Assembly (NCBI RefSeq): GCF_009914755.1 | Contig: NC_060939.1 | Reading direction: 5' to 3' (one strand) | DNA: 64,000 nucleotides | DNA from: the human T2T-CHM13v2.0 reference genome, Homo sapiens | Shown: piece by piece, positions 1-12,251 of the stretch | Layout of the letters: each line of letters opens with the position of its first letter | How positions within the stretch are numbered: position 1 is the first letter of the stretch | The notes under the pieces: generated by a model | What the model was told of the DNA's origin: nothing | Databases searched by the model: none | Seen by the model: the letters and a program-made list of their open reading frames with translations, nothing else | Program-made: the position numbers and the translations under genes

Positions 1-63
1 GGAAGGACGTGCAGTTGCAGCTCTTTCTGCAGATGCCCTGAGAGAGGAGGTAGGAGCACGCTT

Positions 64-455
64 GCTGTGGTTTGAATGCTTCTCTCCTCCAAAACTCATG
101 TTGAAATTTCATTGCCATTGTAACAGTATGAAGAGTGATTAGGTCATAAGGTCCCCACCTCATGGGTGGGATTGGCGCTGTTATAAAAGGGTGAGTTCGG
201 CCCCCTCTTGCTCTCTTTCTTGCCTTCTGCCATATGATGACACAGCAAGAAGGTCCTTGCCAGATGCTCCTGGACTTGCTTTGGACTTTCCCTTGCTCTT
301 GGACTTGCTTTGGACTTTCCCTTGCTCTTGGACTTGCTCTGGCACCTTGCTCTTGGACTTCACAGCCTCTAGAACTGTGAGAAATAAATTTCCGTTCAGT
401 ATAAACTTCCCAGTCTTGGGTGTTCTATTACAACATCACAAAACAGTCTAAGACA
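64..455 (+). mobile_element. MaLR solo LTR (MST/MLT1A type), exonised into FAM30
   Basis: TGCTGTGGTTTGAATG...AAACAGTCTAAGACA termini; AGAACTGTGAGAAATAAA motif with AATAAA at 383-388. Confidence 0.8.
271..360 (+). repeat. 29-bp tandem duplication inside the LTR
   Basis: TGGACTTGCTTTGGACTTTCCCTTGCTCT at 271-299 and 300-328, plus a diverged third copy. Confidence 0.9.
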
Positions 456-1639
456 ACCCCGTATTCAGACCTAAGGTGAGATAACCCCTACCCATATCTA
501 AGGATCCCCTGCTCCAGATCTTAGTGGTGAGGTCAATACAGGACTCCCTCTGAGGGAAGCCCTGACAGCAGTGCCTGGGAAGGCATCTGTAGGGCCCAGT
601 GGGCCGGGGAGGCCCAGGACACACCTACATCATCTCTCATAATCCCTCCATTCTGTTATAACAGGAGCATATGCTTATAGCATACTTTAAAAATCAGCCC
701 AAAACTGAAGGTAAGCATCAGTTAATTGATGGACTCCTTTTCACGGTTTGGTCTTTGTATTTACACCACAGTCATCTCACAGTGTGTGTTGAGCTTTGCA
801 CCCTTTTATCAAATGAGGTCACCCCATGAATGCTGGCTGTCACGTTATCACAGATATGTGACAAGTATAATTGGGAATGTTTGCAGAATAGTCCCATTAA
901 TGTATGCACCATAATTTCTTCAGGCACTATCTTGCTTTCAACTATTTTATAATTATAAATAATGGTCTGAAGAATGTCTGTTCACAAAGTGTTTTCCTCA
1001 TGTGTGCTAGCCACTTGTTTTCTTTTGGAAATTGTGTTATATCCTTTGCTGATTTCTTAAGGGATTTGTTCTTTTTCTTATTAGCTTATGTATGTTGTTT
1101 GCCTAATAATGGTACAAGACCTTTACATATTAGATTAATATTATTTGAGTTTATTATTTACTGTTAAGTTTTGATGATTTTTAAATGTAAAGAATCTGTA
1201 AAGGTGTTACCTAGCTTCATGATTTGGGTATGCGGTGAAGCCTGCCCAACTTTGGGCAGCTGTCTGGGCCTGTGTTTCCAGAGCTTGAAGGAGTCTCTGC
1301 TTCCCTCTGGAGGGCTGGTGTGATAGTGTTCTCTCTCCAGGCCTGGGTGCCCTCCTGGGTCTGGGCTTGGGCTGGGCTCTTAGATGTCTCAGAGGAATTG
1401 AGACTCTATTAATCAAGTGAGTCTTTCCATTTCTGGTGAGATGATCATGGGTCATCATTGGCCTGAGTGGTGGGATGAGCTATAAATAGTTCTTAATTCC
1501 CGGTGTAAGTCCTTGTTCAATGAGATGGACAGAATTTGGCCTTCTAGGATGTCATTTATAACATTTGGCTCTTTGCCAAAATGCAAGTAACCCATGTTTT
1601 ACTCTGGAGACTGTGGAGTGTGATCCCGTTCATAGACTT

Positions 1640-1840
1640 TTCCATGTTTCTCCAAATCCTGGAGCAGTTCTTATGGGAACTGATTAGTTTTGTGAAAGTC
1701 TAAACTTCACCCATAAAGCCATCTTGGCCTGAAGTCATCTGTGAGGGCAATTATTTAATAATCTTAATGCTTTCTTGAGGATTATTGTTCCAACTACGAT
1801 TTCCATTTCTTCTTGAGTCAGTTTTAAGTTTTATTGCTAG
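1640..1840 (-). mobile_element. Ancient L1M fragment
   Basis: Similarity to antisense L1 ORF2 (CCCATAAAGCCATCTTGGCCTG...TTTCTTCTTGAGTCAGTTTT). Confidence 0.5.
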
Positions 1841-2544
1841 AAAAGAAAAATGCCAACTTGCCGTCATCTCTGCCGTCACTATTTTGTGTTCAACAATTGC
1901 CTTCTGTATCTGCCGTGTCTTCCCCAGCACAGAAGCTGTAATGTTATTAAACAAAGCAATGTATCCAGATCACTCAGAATCTATGCCTGTCACGGGGAGC
2001 AGGAGATGAGGGTGAATGAAGAGCCAGAGCATGGCAGGGGAGCCACTGCAAGGATGCTGAAACTCATGTGAACAGAGTTGCTGTAGGCAGGCCACCATGG
2101 AACCTTGCGGGGGAAGCACTGCCTCTTAGGAATGGCAGTGAAAATGGGAGAAGAGGGTGGTATTGCCTCCAGATAGAAGATGCAGTGCTTTGCCTTGCTC
2201 CTTGGTGCATGGAGAGGGAAAGGGATGCTGCTATAAAGTTCCTGGCTGGACTTTGGCTTGATAAGGCATGGGTACCTTTGGGAGTATGAGGGCGGGTGGG
2301 TTTGTGCACATCTTCCACGAGGAGCTGTTAGTATTGGGGCAGACGTTTCAAGTATGGCAAACAAAGGATGTTCTGCATGGGGAAATGTGGTGACATCCAT
2401 TTCACAAGGACAGCTCACATAGATTGAGTGCTCAGGAAGGACCAGCATCATACCCAGTGCCTGATGTGTATCATCTCAATTAGTCCTTGCCTCAAATGCA
2501 AAAGGAAGCCATTGCCATCTTCATCACCACCATCATCATCATCC

Positions 2545-2630
2545 TCCTGTGCAGATGGAAAAGCTGAGGCATAGAGAGGTGACGGAGTCTGCCCAAGACT
2601 GCAAGCCTGCTGGTGGCAGAGCCAGATTCC
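2545..2630 (+). mobile_element. MIR fragment
   Basis: CAGATGGAAAAGCTGAGGCATAGAGAGGTGAC...CCCAAG...GTGGCAGAGCCAG MIR core. Confidence 0.7.
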
Positions 2631-4615
2631 AATGGAATGAAGGTTGTCATCCTCAGATGGCAGGGTAGGCAGGTGGCTAGAGCTCACTTGGGAGAAGGGG
2701 AAAGGACACTGACATTGGCTAGGGATGGAGCAGGGCTTGGGCTGGCTTTCCATGCACGGGCAGTGGGCCTGGCTCATGGCTGTGCTCCAGCCCCGGGTGT
2801 GGACATTGAATCTTCCAGGTCTACCCTAGGCTATGGGTTTGGACAGCACTGTGATGGAAAGAAGACGCTCTATGTCCTGCAGTCTGTGACCAATGATGTG
2901 ACTGTGGGAATGGCGCTGGCATCTGGCTGCCACTCTGGGACGGGTGGCCAGCTGCCATCAGGCCCTGGGATGGGACCACCATACGACTTCTTCCCTCGCT
3001 CCTCCAGGTCATGTCCACAGCCCAGGAGGACCAGCAAAGCCTCTCAAGCCGATGGCAGCTCACGTTCTGCCTTGTCAGCTACTCCTCTCCTGGGCAACAT
3101 TGGCTGCTTGCTGTGGCTCTCCCTGGGGTACGTGACTGCCTCTGTGCTGGGCGCCTGGCCTGGGCTTTCCTTCTGGGCCTGGGCAGCTGGGCTCAGCTTG
3201 GACCCAGGCAGCAGCCACAGAGGGGCCCATGGAGGTGACAGAGTTGCTTCTATGATGGTGAACGGGCAGCTGTGACAGGGGGGAGGCGACCACTCCTTAG
3301 TTTCCAAGTGCTGCGGTCAGGGCCAGGGCCAGCAAAGTCCCTCCCATATTCAAAGAGTGGGTTTGGGTTTGTCCCAGGAGGACATAGTCAGGAGCCCATG
3401 CTGGGACATGCCTCCTCCAAAGTTCAGCCTGGACCCCAGCCTCTGCCAACGGCCCCGCTCCTTAGCTAACCCAGCTTACTCCTGGGTTCCACAGCAGAGT
3501 CAGATGTTTCTGGGTACTTTCACCTTTGTGCCTTAAAGCATGTTGAGGACTTTAAGGAATTGTGGAGAAATAGGGCTGTGCCAAAGGCAAGTGACAACCG
3601 GGAACAATGATCCCACAGAGGCTGCTGAGGCCTGGGCCCCAGGGGCGTGAGTTCATCCTTCTGCCTGGGCTTTGGTGAGAGGGGCAGACTCTGTGGTCTG
3701 AGACACAAAAAAACCCCAAAACATACTTGTGTACAGACACACAGCAGAGGCACACACACACTTGGGCCCATGCACACACTCACAGGAGGCCCGTGGACTC
3801 CGCACAGTGAAGAAACTCCTCCGGTTGACAGTGGAAGGTGCTGCAGCAGGGACCCACCCCCAAGCCCTGCCTGCCTCCCATTGCCCACCTGGCCCTGGCT
3901 TGATGGGCTCATCTCATGCTGTGGCTGGGGCCTCTTGCTTCCTGCAACCCCTTGCTGGCCTGGGGCCTGGGCCTCTCCTGGGCTGTGCCTAGGGTTTGTA
4001 ACCCAGGGCCTGTGCTGGCGTGCACAGAGCATCTCTCCCTGGGAGGCTCAGGGCTGCCTCCTCGAGTTCTGTGGGCCTGCACCGGCTGGTGAGCCTGTGG
4101 TGTGCATTTTTAGGCTGTATCCTTCTACTTCCTGAGTCCAGGGGTCCCAGGTACCCTGCAGCTGTCTCCTCAGCCACCCTGTGGGGCCCCGAGACCTTGC
4201 CCTCACTTCAGTGCCCGGGTGCTCCAGCTCTGCCCAGGTGCCAGGCGAAGGTGTGAGCATGAGCCTATCGGACACACCTGGCAACGTATACCGGGTGTCC
4301 CACCCCTGCCACCACGGGGCCTCCCAATACGGCAACCGCCACGGACCTGTGGGGACCAATGAGGAAAGAGAGACGCAGGTCTGGGCCAGGCTCACAGGGA
4401 CTCCGCCATAGCAGACCCTGCCCCAGCAGGCCCCCTTGTCCTTCCTGGGCCCTGGTCCTTCATGAGGAACTAGCCCATCCCTGGTGGGGCTCCCACCCCA
4501 CTTCTAGTGGGCTCCATGCTTGTCTTGTCTGAGTCACCCCTCAGGCAGTGGCAGGATCCTCTCCTTTAGACCCACTGTGCCTTCCGGGCCTCCTGGGCTT
4601 CTGCTGGGGACAGAA

Positions 4616-4752
4616 GAAATGTCTCCCCAGGTCTGTCTCTGGAGGCTCTGAGGGAGATGGGCTTGGGGGCTCTAGGAGGAGGCAGGGATTCCAGGGTGTT
4701 AGGAAGGCAGGGGTGCAAGGTCCCACCCAGTGAAGTAACAAGCCGTGGGTGG
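4616..4752 (+). repeat. 137-bp dispersed direct repeat, copy 1 (copy 2 at 7053-7189)
   Basis: GAAATG(T/G)CTCCCCAGGTCTGTCTCTGGAGGCTCTGAGGGAGA...CCGTGGGTGG in both copies with few substitutions. Confidence 0.9.
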
Positions 4753-4908
4753 TGACAGTGACCCAGCGCCCTCGCTGCCCAGCCCTGCCTGTCCCCAGCC
4801 AGCACTGCAGGGAACCCAGTGAAGTAACAAACCGTGGGTGGTGACAGTGACCCAGTGCCCTCACTGCCCAACCCTGCCTGTCCTCAGCCAGTGCTGCAGG
4901 GATCCCAG
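4726..4908 (+). repeat. 89-bp tandem repeat, 2 copies
   Basis: CCCAGTGAAGTAACAA...CTGCAGGGA(A/T) starting at 4726 and 4815. Confidence 0.9.
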
Positions 4909-5361
4909 GCCCAGACTCTGCAGGCCTTCACTGATCCTGGCCACCCAGAAAGGCTGCAGCCTGCGGGCACCAGCCGGGCCACATGCCCAGTGCCAGCTAG
5001 GGCCCACCGCCCATCCTTCACACAGGGCTGCTGGGTAGGTGCCCCTCACACCCCCAGGATGTCAGTGCTCACCTCGAGCAAAGTGCCCCAGCTTGGCCTT
5101 GGGAGGCGGTCATGTCCCGGGGCATGATGGAGAGCTGTCCAACTGAGAGAAAGGGAGGGAGGGAAGGAGGGAGGGAAAGAGACAGAGAGAGACAGAGAGA
5201 GAGAGGAGGTGTGGGCTCTAAGGCTGCCTTAGTGGAGTTGTGCGTGGCCTGCACCTCACCAAGCCTAGCCACTCTCACCGCTCTGAGTGGCTCACAGGCT
5301 TGTGAGGGCCCCGTCGCTGCCTGCTGGGTCCCCACCAGGGCTCCCTCTAGGAATGTGCCAT

Positions 5362-5790
5362 GGCTGCTATGACAATTTGCACAGCCCAGTGGCTTAAACA
5401 CCACACATTTATACCACAGGTCCAGATGAATCCTACAGGGCCAAGGTCTAGGTGTGCTGGAGGCCATGCTCCCTCCAGGCTTGCGGGGAGAACTTCCCTG
5501 CCTCTTCTAGTCTCTGCATCCCTGAGCTCTCGGCTCCTCCTCCGTCTTCAGGGCCAGGGCGTAGCATCTGCTCTCTCAGCCTCTGCCTCTGCTTCCGACC
5601 TCATCTGGCTTCTGTCTATGTCAGTCTCCCTCTGCCATCCTCCTAGAAGGACACCTGTGATTATATTAGGGCTCACCTCTTTAATCCAGGAGCACCTCTC
5701 CACTTCATGATTTTCAGCTAACTTCCTTCTGCAAAGACCCCCTTTCCCTATAAGGGCACACATTCACTGGTCCCGGGGCTAAGGACCTTG
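5362..5790 (-). mobile_element. MLT1-family MaLR LTR
   Basis: GGCTGCTATGACAA...GTGGCTTAAACA...TCTGCAAAGACCCCCTTTCC antisense MLT1 hallmarks. Confidence 0.7.
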
Positions 5791-7052
5791 CTCCAAGTCC
5801 CTCCACCCATGATGTTGTGCCTTCCAGAAACCTGTCCTCTGCAGTTCGGTCTTGACCCCAAGCCTGCTGGTGACCTGAACATCACAGGGTTATCCCCTTG
5901 GGCCGTGTGCAGCATGATGCAATTTCTTGGCCTGAATGTCATGCTCCCTGGGGCAGGACCTTGAGCCTGCAGCACACACTAGGCCACCTGCAGCCTCACA
6001 GGCCATGCCCTGGGTAGACAGGGATGTGCTCAACCCCAGCTCGGGTCCTCTAGTCTGCCTGGCTACCATGCTTCTCATTCTCCTGCATCTGCAGACCCTG
6101 GGTTGCCATGTGAGGCAGGGGTGGGGTGGGGCTGAGGGCGTGGCTTTGGTCCCTGGCTGTCCGAATGAAGCACCAGAGTGATGCCACAGCCCATCCCGGT
6201 GACATGCTCACCCCCAACCCCCATGTCCGGGACCCCGGTCTTGTGTGGTCCCTGATGTGGAGTCCTCAGTCCTTAAGATACATCCAGAAAGTCCTGGCCA
6301 TGAATTGGGGGTGCAGAGTCCTTCAGAGCCGCTGGGCTGGGCTGGTGCCCCCAGGAGATGGAGGGTCTGGTGGATGCCCTCCTCCCTCAGAGCTGGGGCA
6401 GCTGCCTCCCAGGGGTGGGACTGTGGGCTCAGAGAGAGGCCCTTGAGCTGCAGCTCAGGGGAGTGTGAGGCTTCATGGAGTGTGTCCTGGTCCATGTGGT
6501 CCACGTGTCTCCATCTCCAAGGAGAGGCTCCTCAGTGTGCATCCCCATATCCGTCCTCTCTGCCGGCCCCCGACGTCTGAGCAGTCATTCCCTGTCAGCA
6601 CCTCTGCAGCCTGCTGGGCCTCAGGTTCGCTGTGAGGGACCTCCCCGGCCTTCCGCGGAGGTGGAGTAAGCTCCGTCAAGGCAGGTGGCTTCGTCCCTTC
6701 CTGTGAGTGACACCAGTGATGAAATGGACCCCTCCACACAGGCATCCTCAGGGCACAGGGCCCTGGGGGCACCTTCCTCCTTTCTTATTTGTTGAGAAAA
6801 AAAAGTGGCATTGGGCTCACACCAGGATGCTGGTGCAGAGCTGACATGCTCGGGAAAGGTCAGAGGTCACTGGGGGTGGGAAGGTCATCCAGTCCAGACT
6901 CAGCACCTCGTGGGCTGGTAAACTGAGGCTCAAAGTGCTGGTGCCAGGCCTAAGGCCTCGCGGTGACTGCTGTCTCTGGTTCCCAGCACCTGCCTGAGAC
7001 CTGCCCCAGGCACCCATAACCTGGAATTCCGTTTCCTTGTCCAGGGCCTGAG

Positions 7053-7189
7053 GAAATGGCTCCCCAGGTCTGTCTCTGGAGGCTCTGAGGGAGACGGGCT
7101 TGGAGGCTCTAGGAGGAGGCAGGGATTCCAGGGTGTCAGGAAGGCAGGGGTGCCGGGTCCCACCCAGTGAAATAACAAACCGTGGGTGG
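7053..7189 (+). repeat. 137-bp dispersed direct repeat, copy 2
   Basis: Near-identical to 4616-4752. Confidence 0.9.
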
Positions 7190-7720
7190 CATTTCGGCCT
7201 CCCTGCCTTCCCCACTGGGTGTGCTGGTGCTGGCGCTGCTGGGTCAGGGCTGCCCGTGACCCCAGACACCACTGTCCGTCCTGTGAGGCTCCTGTCTGGG
7301 CATGTCCTGGGTGGATTCCTCCTTTCTGTTAAGTAGCTACCTGAGGCAGGGGCTCCTGGATCCAAAAAAAATGACAGGAATTCCAGAGCCAGGTGCATCC
7401 ACTCAGGACAGCCAGTGTTCGTGGAGCTGCCTCTCCACAAGTGAAAGTCAGCCCGCCCCTCTCATGAGAAAAGAACCTGTGGATACCTCTCAGCCTCCAG
7501 CGTTGCAAGTGCAAGGCCAGTGGAGTTAATCTGCAACGTGCATGAGGGCGTGTGTCAGTGGCTGTGTGCAGGAGCGTGAGTGAGCAAGAGTGAGAGCGCA
7601 TGGCTCCTGCTGTACCTCAAAGTGTGGGCTCCTGGTGGCTGCTCAGCGTTCCCAGGGGTGAGAGGCCTCATGCATCCTAGGCTGTCTATATATAGACACA
7701 GATTTTCTTCTCTGTGGTCT

Positions 7721-7740
7721 GGAGCGCCGCCTGGTGGTCT
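7721..7740 (-). promoter_or_regulatory. CTCF-binding element adjacent to the V RSS
   Basis: Minus strand AGACCACCAGGCGGCGCTCC, close to the CTCF core CCACCAGGGGGCGC, about 19 bp beyond the RSS nonamer. Confidence 0.7.
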
Positions 7741-7758
7741 TGTGCTTCCCTGCAGGGA

Positions 7759-7797
7759 GGTTTGTGTCTGGGCTCACACTGAGGTACCCATTCTGTC
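7759..7797 (-). other. Degenerate 23-RSS of the IGHV(II)-1-1-like gene
   Basis: Heptamer GACAGAA (the essential CAC is lost), exactly 23-bp spacer, nonamer ACACAAACC. Confidence 0.85.
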
Positions 7798-8169
7798 TCC
7801 CACGGGAATGTGTGGCCCTGCCCTTGGCCATCACGGAGCTCAGCTGCAGGGATAACTGGGCCTTGGATGTGTCTCTGCAGATGGACAGTTGGCCCAGAAG
7901 GGTGGGCTGAAGTGTGTGCTGCCCCTGGAGCTGAGGTGCCCCAGTGCCTTCCCAGAGTGCTGCTGGGTCCAGGCCCAGAGGTCTGTGAGGACCTCACCAG
8001 CCCTGGGCATGACTCTAGTAGCTGCACTTGATGCAGGACACTCAGGGCCAAGAAGCAAAGACATGAGTCGCAAACGGACACCACAGCCCACAGCCCCAGT
8101 TCTGAAATCTCTGAGACACTCACATGGAAGTATAGCCATCAGGCAGAGGACGACGCAGAGAGATCTCAT
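7798..8169 (-). pseudogene. IGHV clan II pseudogene, IGHV(II)-1-1-like orphon copy
   Basis: 46-nt leader exon 8169-8124 (MRSLCVVLCLMAILP) with a GTGAGT donor; ~82-nt intron with a damaged acceptor; V exon QVQLLESCPGLVRSSQT with the rest of FR1/CDR1 deleted; FR3 AGAGACACATCCAAGGCCCAGTTATCCCTGCAGCTGAGCTCCGTG; frameshifts; second Cys lost. Confidence 0.9.
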
Positions 8170-8252
8170 GTTTTCCTCAACAAGGGGCACGACTTTCCCA
8201 GTGGCCTCTCCAGGACAGAACAAGAAAAAATAACTGGCTCTCTCTAGCCTGA

Positions 8253-8260
8253 GGTTGCAT
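8253..8260 (-). promoter_or_regulatory. Degenerate VH promoter octamer
   Basis: ATGCAACC (consensus ATGCAAAT) about 85-90 nt upstream of the leader ATG. Confidence 0.45.
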
Positions 8261-9629
8261 TTCGCCGAGTCTCTGGGATGGAAATGTGTCTTGTGTCTTC
8301 AGGAGTCTGCAGGGCAGCCGCTGCTGTGACTCAGGTAGAAACTTCTCTCCCCTGATGTCCTGGCCCCTTGTTATCTCTGCCACGGTGGAATCAGACTGGG
8401 CACCGCTTTAGGGAGAAACGGAGGACATGGAGTGACGGCTGGGTAGTGGAGACTATTGAAAGGAGTCAAAACTCTCCAGGGGAAGAGACGCCTCCAGGAA
8501 CCCTTGGCATTGTTTTCTTCACTTCGCAGGAGTAGGAAGGAGCTGAGAGTCTAGAGAGAGCCTCAGATGCACAACCCTAATTTGGCATATCAGGGAGCAA
8601 TCTCATCAGCCCAGGAGAAGGCCCAGGAGAAGGGTCAGCTCTTTGTGCCTCTGCAGAGAAGCGGCAGGGACTGGGAGGGCTTTTTCCCTGCCCAGCAGGT
8701 GGTGCTGCCTCCTTGTTCCCTGCTTGGCACAGCCTCGGGGTGCAGCTGCTGGCTTTCCCAGGGCCTGTGGAGAGCGTCTTCTTGGTACTTCCTTAACGTC
8801 AAATAAAGTGAACGCCTTCTCAATGCACATCTTAATTCATCATTGGAAAGGCCAAAACACACACACACACACACACCCCTATATTTTTTTCTGACAAGAG
8901 CTAGAGACAATTGATAAGTATGTTATCTGACTATAGCTCACCTTAAGGAGGAAAAAACTATTAAGAAATTTCTTAAGTGTAAATTGTGCCTAATCATGTG
9001 TAAATTAGTAACAGAAGCAAAAAATAATAACTGCAGTCAACTTATACACTTTAAAAGAATACTCTGTGAAACAATGACATGTTATCAAAAAAGGGATACT
9101 TAATTTGTTATGTGTGGTGACGGTCAATGAGCAGACTTGTGTTCTTGCTGGAGAAGTCACAGCATCCCCACAGGTGGACTTCCTGCAGCAATCTTGCATG
9201 CCTCACACTTCTGTCCAAAGCACGTAAGGGAGGAGCTCAGTGCGCACAGGAACCTGACGACTGCCACCCAAGGGATGCGTGAGCTTCCGTATAAGCAGAA
9301 GAAGATGGAAACTTCAGCACCTGCAACAGAAGAGGCTTTCTGCTTTGGGGACCCAAACAGTTCCATCTATGGTGGAGGTGTAGGCTCATTCCTACATCAA
9401 CGTCAACAAGCCATTGAACACAACAACATTTAGGAGTAGTCGAGCCCACCTTCTCCAATGTGGCCTGCACAGCCCAGGCTGCAGGGTGGGAGAGGTTGAT
9501 TCTGGAGAAAAGTCATTCCTGCTCCCCTGGTACACTCTCCTCCCCCACTGCTTCATACAGAGACCAATGTGATGATGCCATCATGATGTTGAAGCACACA
9601 CTGAACCCTGTAATCAATTAAAGGGTTTT

Positions 9630-9813
9630 CCCATCCACCCATCCACACACACATCCACCCATCCACTCACCCATCCATCCATCCATCACTTATCCATGCA
9701 TCCATCCACCCACCCAGCCATGCATTCATCCAGCCATCCCACAATCCACCCACCCACCCACACATCCAAACATCCATCCACTAATTCATGCATCTGTCCA
9801 CCCATCCAGCCAT
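9630..9813. repeat. (CCAT)n-type simple repeat, left half
   Basis: Degenerate CCAT/CCAC array. Confidence 0.9.
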
Positions 9814-10788
<975 letters not shown>

Positions 10789-11040
10789 CATCCATCCCTT
10801 CACATACCCATTCATCCATCCATCCATCCATCCAACCATCCACTCACTTATCTATCCAAGTACTCATCCATGCATGTAGTCACCCACCTACCCACTCATT
10901 CATCCACCCACCCATGCATCCATCAACCTACCCATCCACCCATACATGCATCCATCTATCTTTCCACTCTTCCATCCACACACCTACTCAGCCATTCATC
11001 CATCCATCCATCCATCCATCCATCCATCCACTAATCCATG
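10789..11040. repeat. (CCAT)n simple repeat, right half
   Basis: Continuation of the array at 9630-9813. Confidence 0.9.
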
Positions 11041-11788
11041 GTTGGGTCCATCTGTCTGTGTGGCAAACATGCAAGGATAAGTTCCATGTGACAAGTCTGA
11101 ACTCAGTGTTGGAATCATGGGAGGGGCAAGGTGGAACAGGCTGGCTTCCTCACCACTATTAACACTGTGGGGAGAAGGCCGATGGCAAACTCACTTCCAT
11201 GTTAAGTTTCCTGAAAGAGGAAGGGGAGTGTAATGCTAGAGAGTAATGGAAGCTCCCACTGTTGACACAGAGGTAATAAATGCCTGTCTGATGAGCTAAG
11301 ACCTGCAGGAACAGAAACAGCCACATGAAAACAAGGCAGGAAAGAGGCCTATGGCAGAAGAGCAGCTGCTGAAAGTTCCCTTAGGTTGGGCAAAACTGCT
11401 ATGTTTTGAGGAACTTAGAACAGTCCAAGGGCAAGCTACCGCCCTGTGTTTCTCCTCTTCCCCCGTGTCTGTCTGTGTTCCACAGTGATTGTGCAAACTC
11501 TAAATACATTGATGACTCACCATTGCCTTTATGTTAGAATAAACAAAACAGAAAACAAATCCCTGATGACCCCACAGGTTGCCCTCTTTCACTTTGTATC
11601 TCTCATTTCTGTCTCTCTCTCTCTCTCTCTGTCTCCCTTCATCTGGCCCATCTCTCTGTATATCTTTTTGTCTTATTATTTCAACAAAGTCTCTTAGGGT
11701 CCATCTACTGTGCTGGAAACTTTCTTCTCACCAACCATTGTAAGTTGGAGAATGTTTTCTCCACCTTATTACAAAATGTTATAGCTAA

Positions 11789-12251
<463 letters not shown>

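Larger units (their letters stand above)
1..7684 (+). ncRNA. FAM30B/FAM30C: FAM30A (KIAA0125)-like lncRNA paralog, partial (begins before the window; 3' limit inferred)
   Basis: 1-49 translates GRTCSCSSFCRCPERG followed by a GTAGGA donor. An exon starts after CACAG at 246 and reads ARRSLPDAPGLALDFPLLLDLLW, matching my recollection of the putative FAM30A peptide. A further donor AAG|GTGAGA lies at 475/476. Neighbours (IGHV(II)-1-1-like, ADAM6-like) match the IGH V-D interval. The paralog (B vs C) cannot be resolved. Confidence 0.7.

Noticed and set aside
2604-2620. CTCF-like CCTGCTGGTGGCAG
   Set aside because: Lies in a MIR core and mismatches key motif positions.
2613-7440. Long ORFs of 160-220 aa (2613-3275, 3520-4032, 3647-4135, 6817-7440)
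   Set aside because: GC-rich sequence, overlapping ORFs on both strands and no recognisable domain; expected by chance.
2600-7700. IGHD segments or RSSs at isolated heptamers (e.g. CACTGTG near 2847, CACAGTG near 3803)
   Set aside because: No nonamer at 12- or 23-bp spacing and no paired RSSs around a short coding piece.
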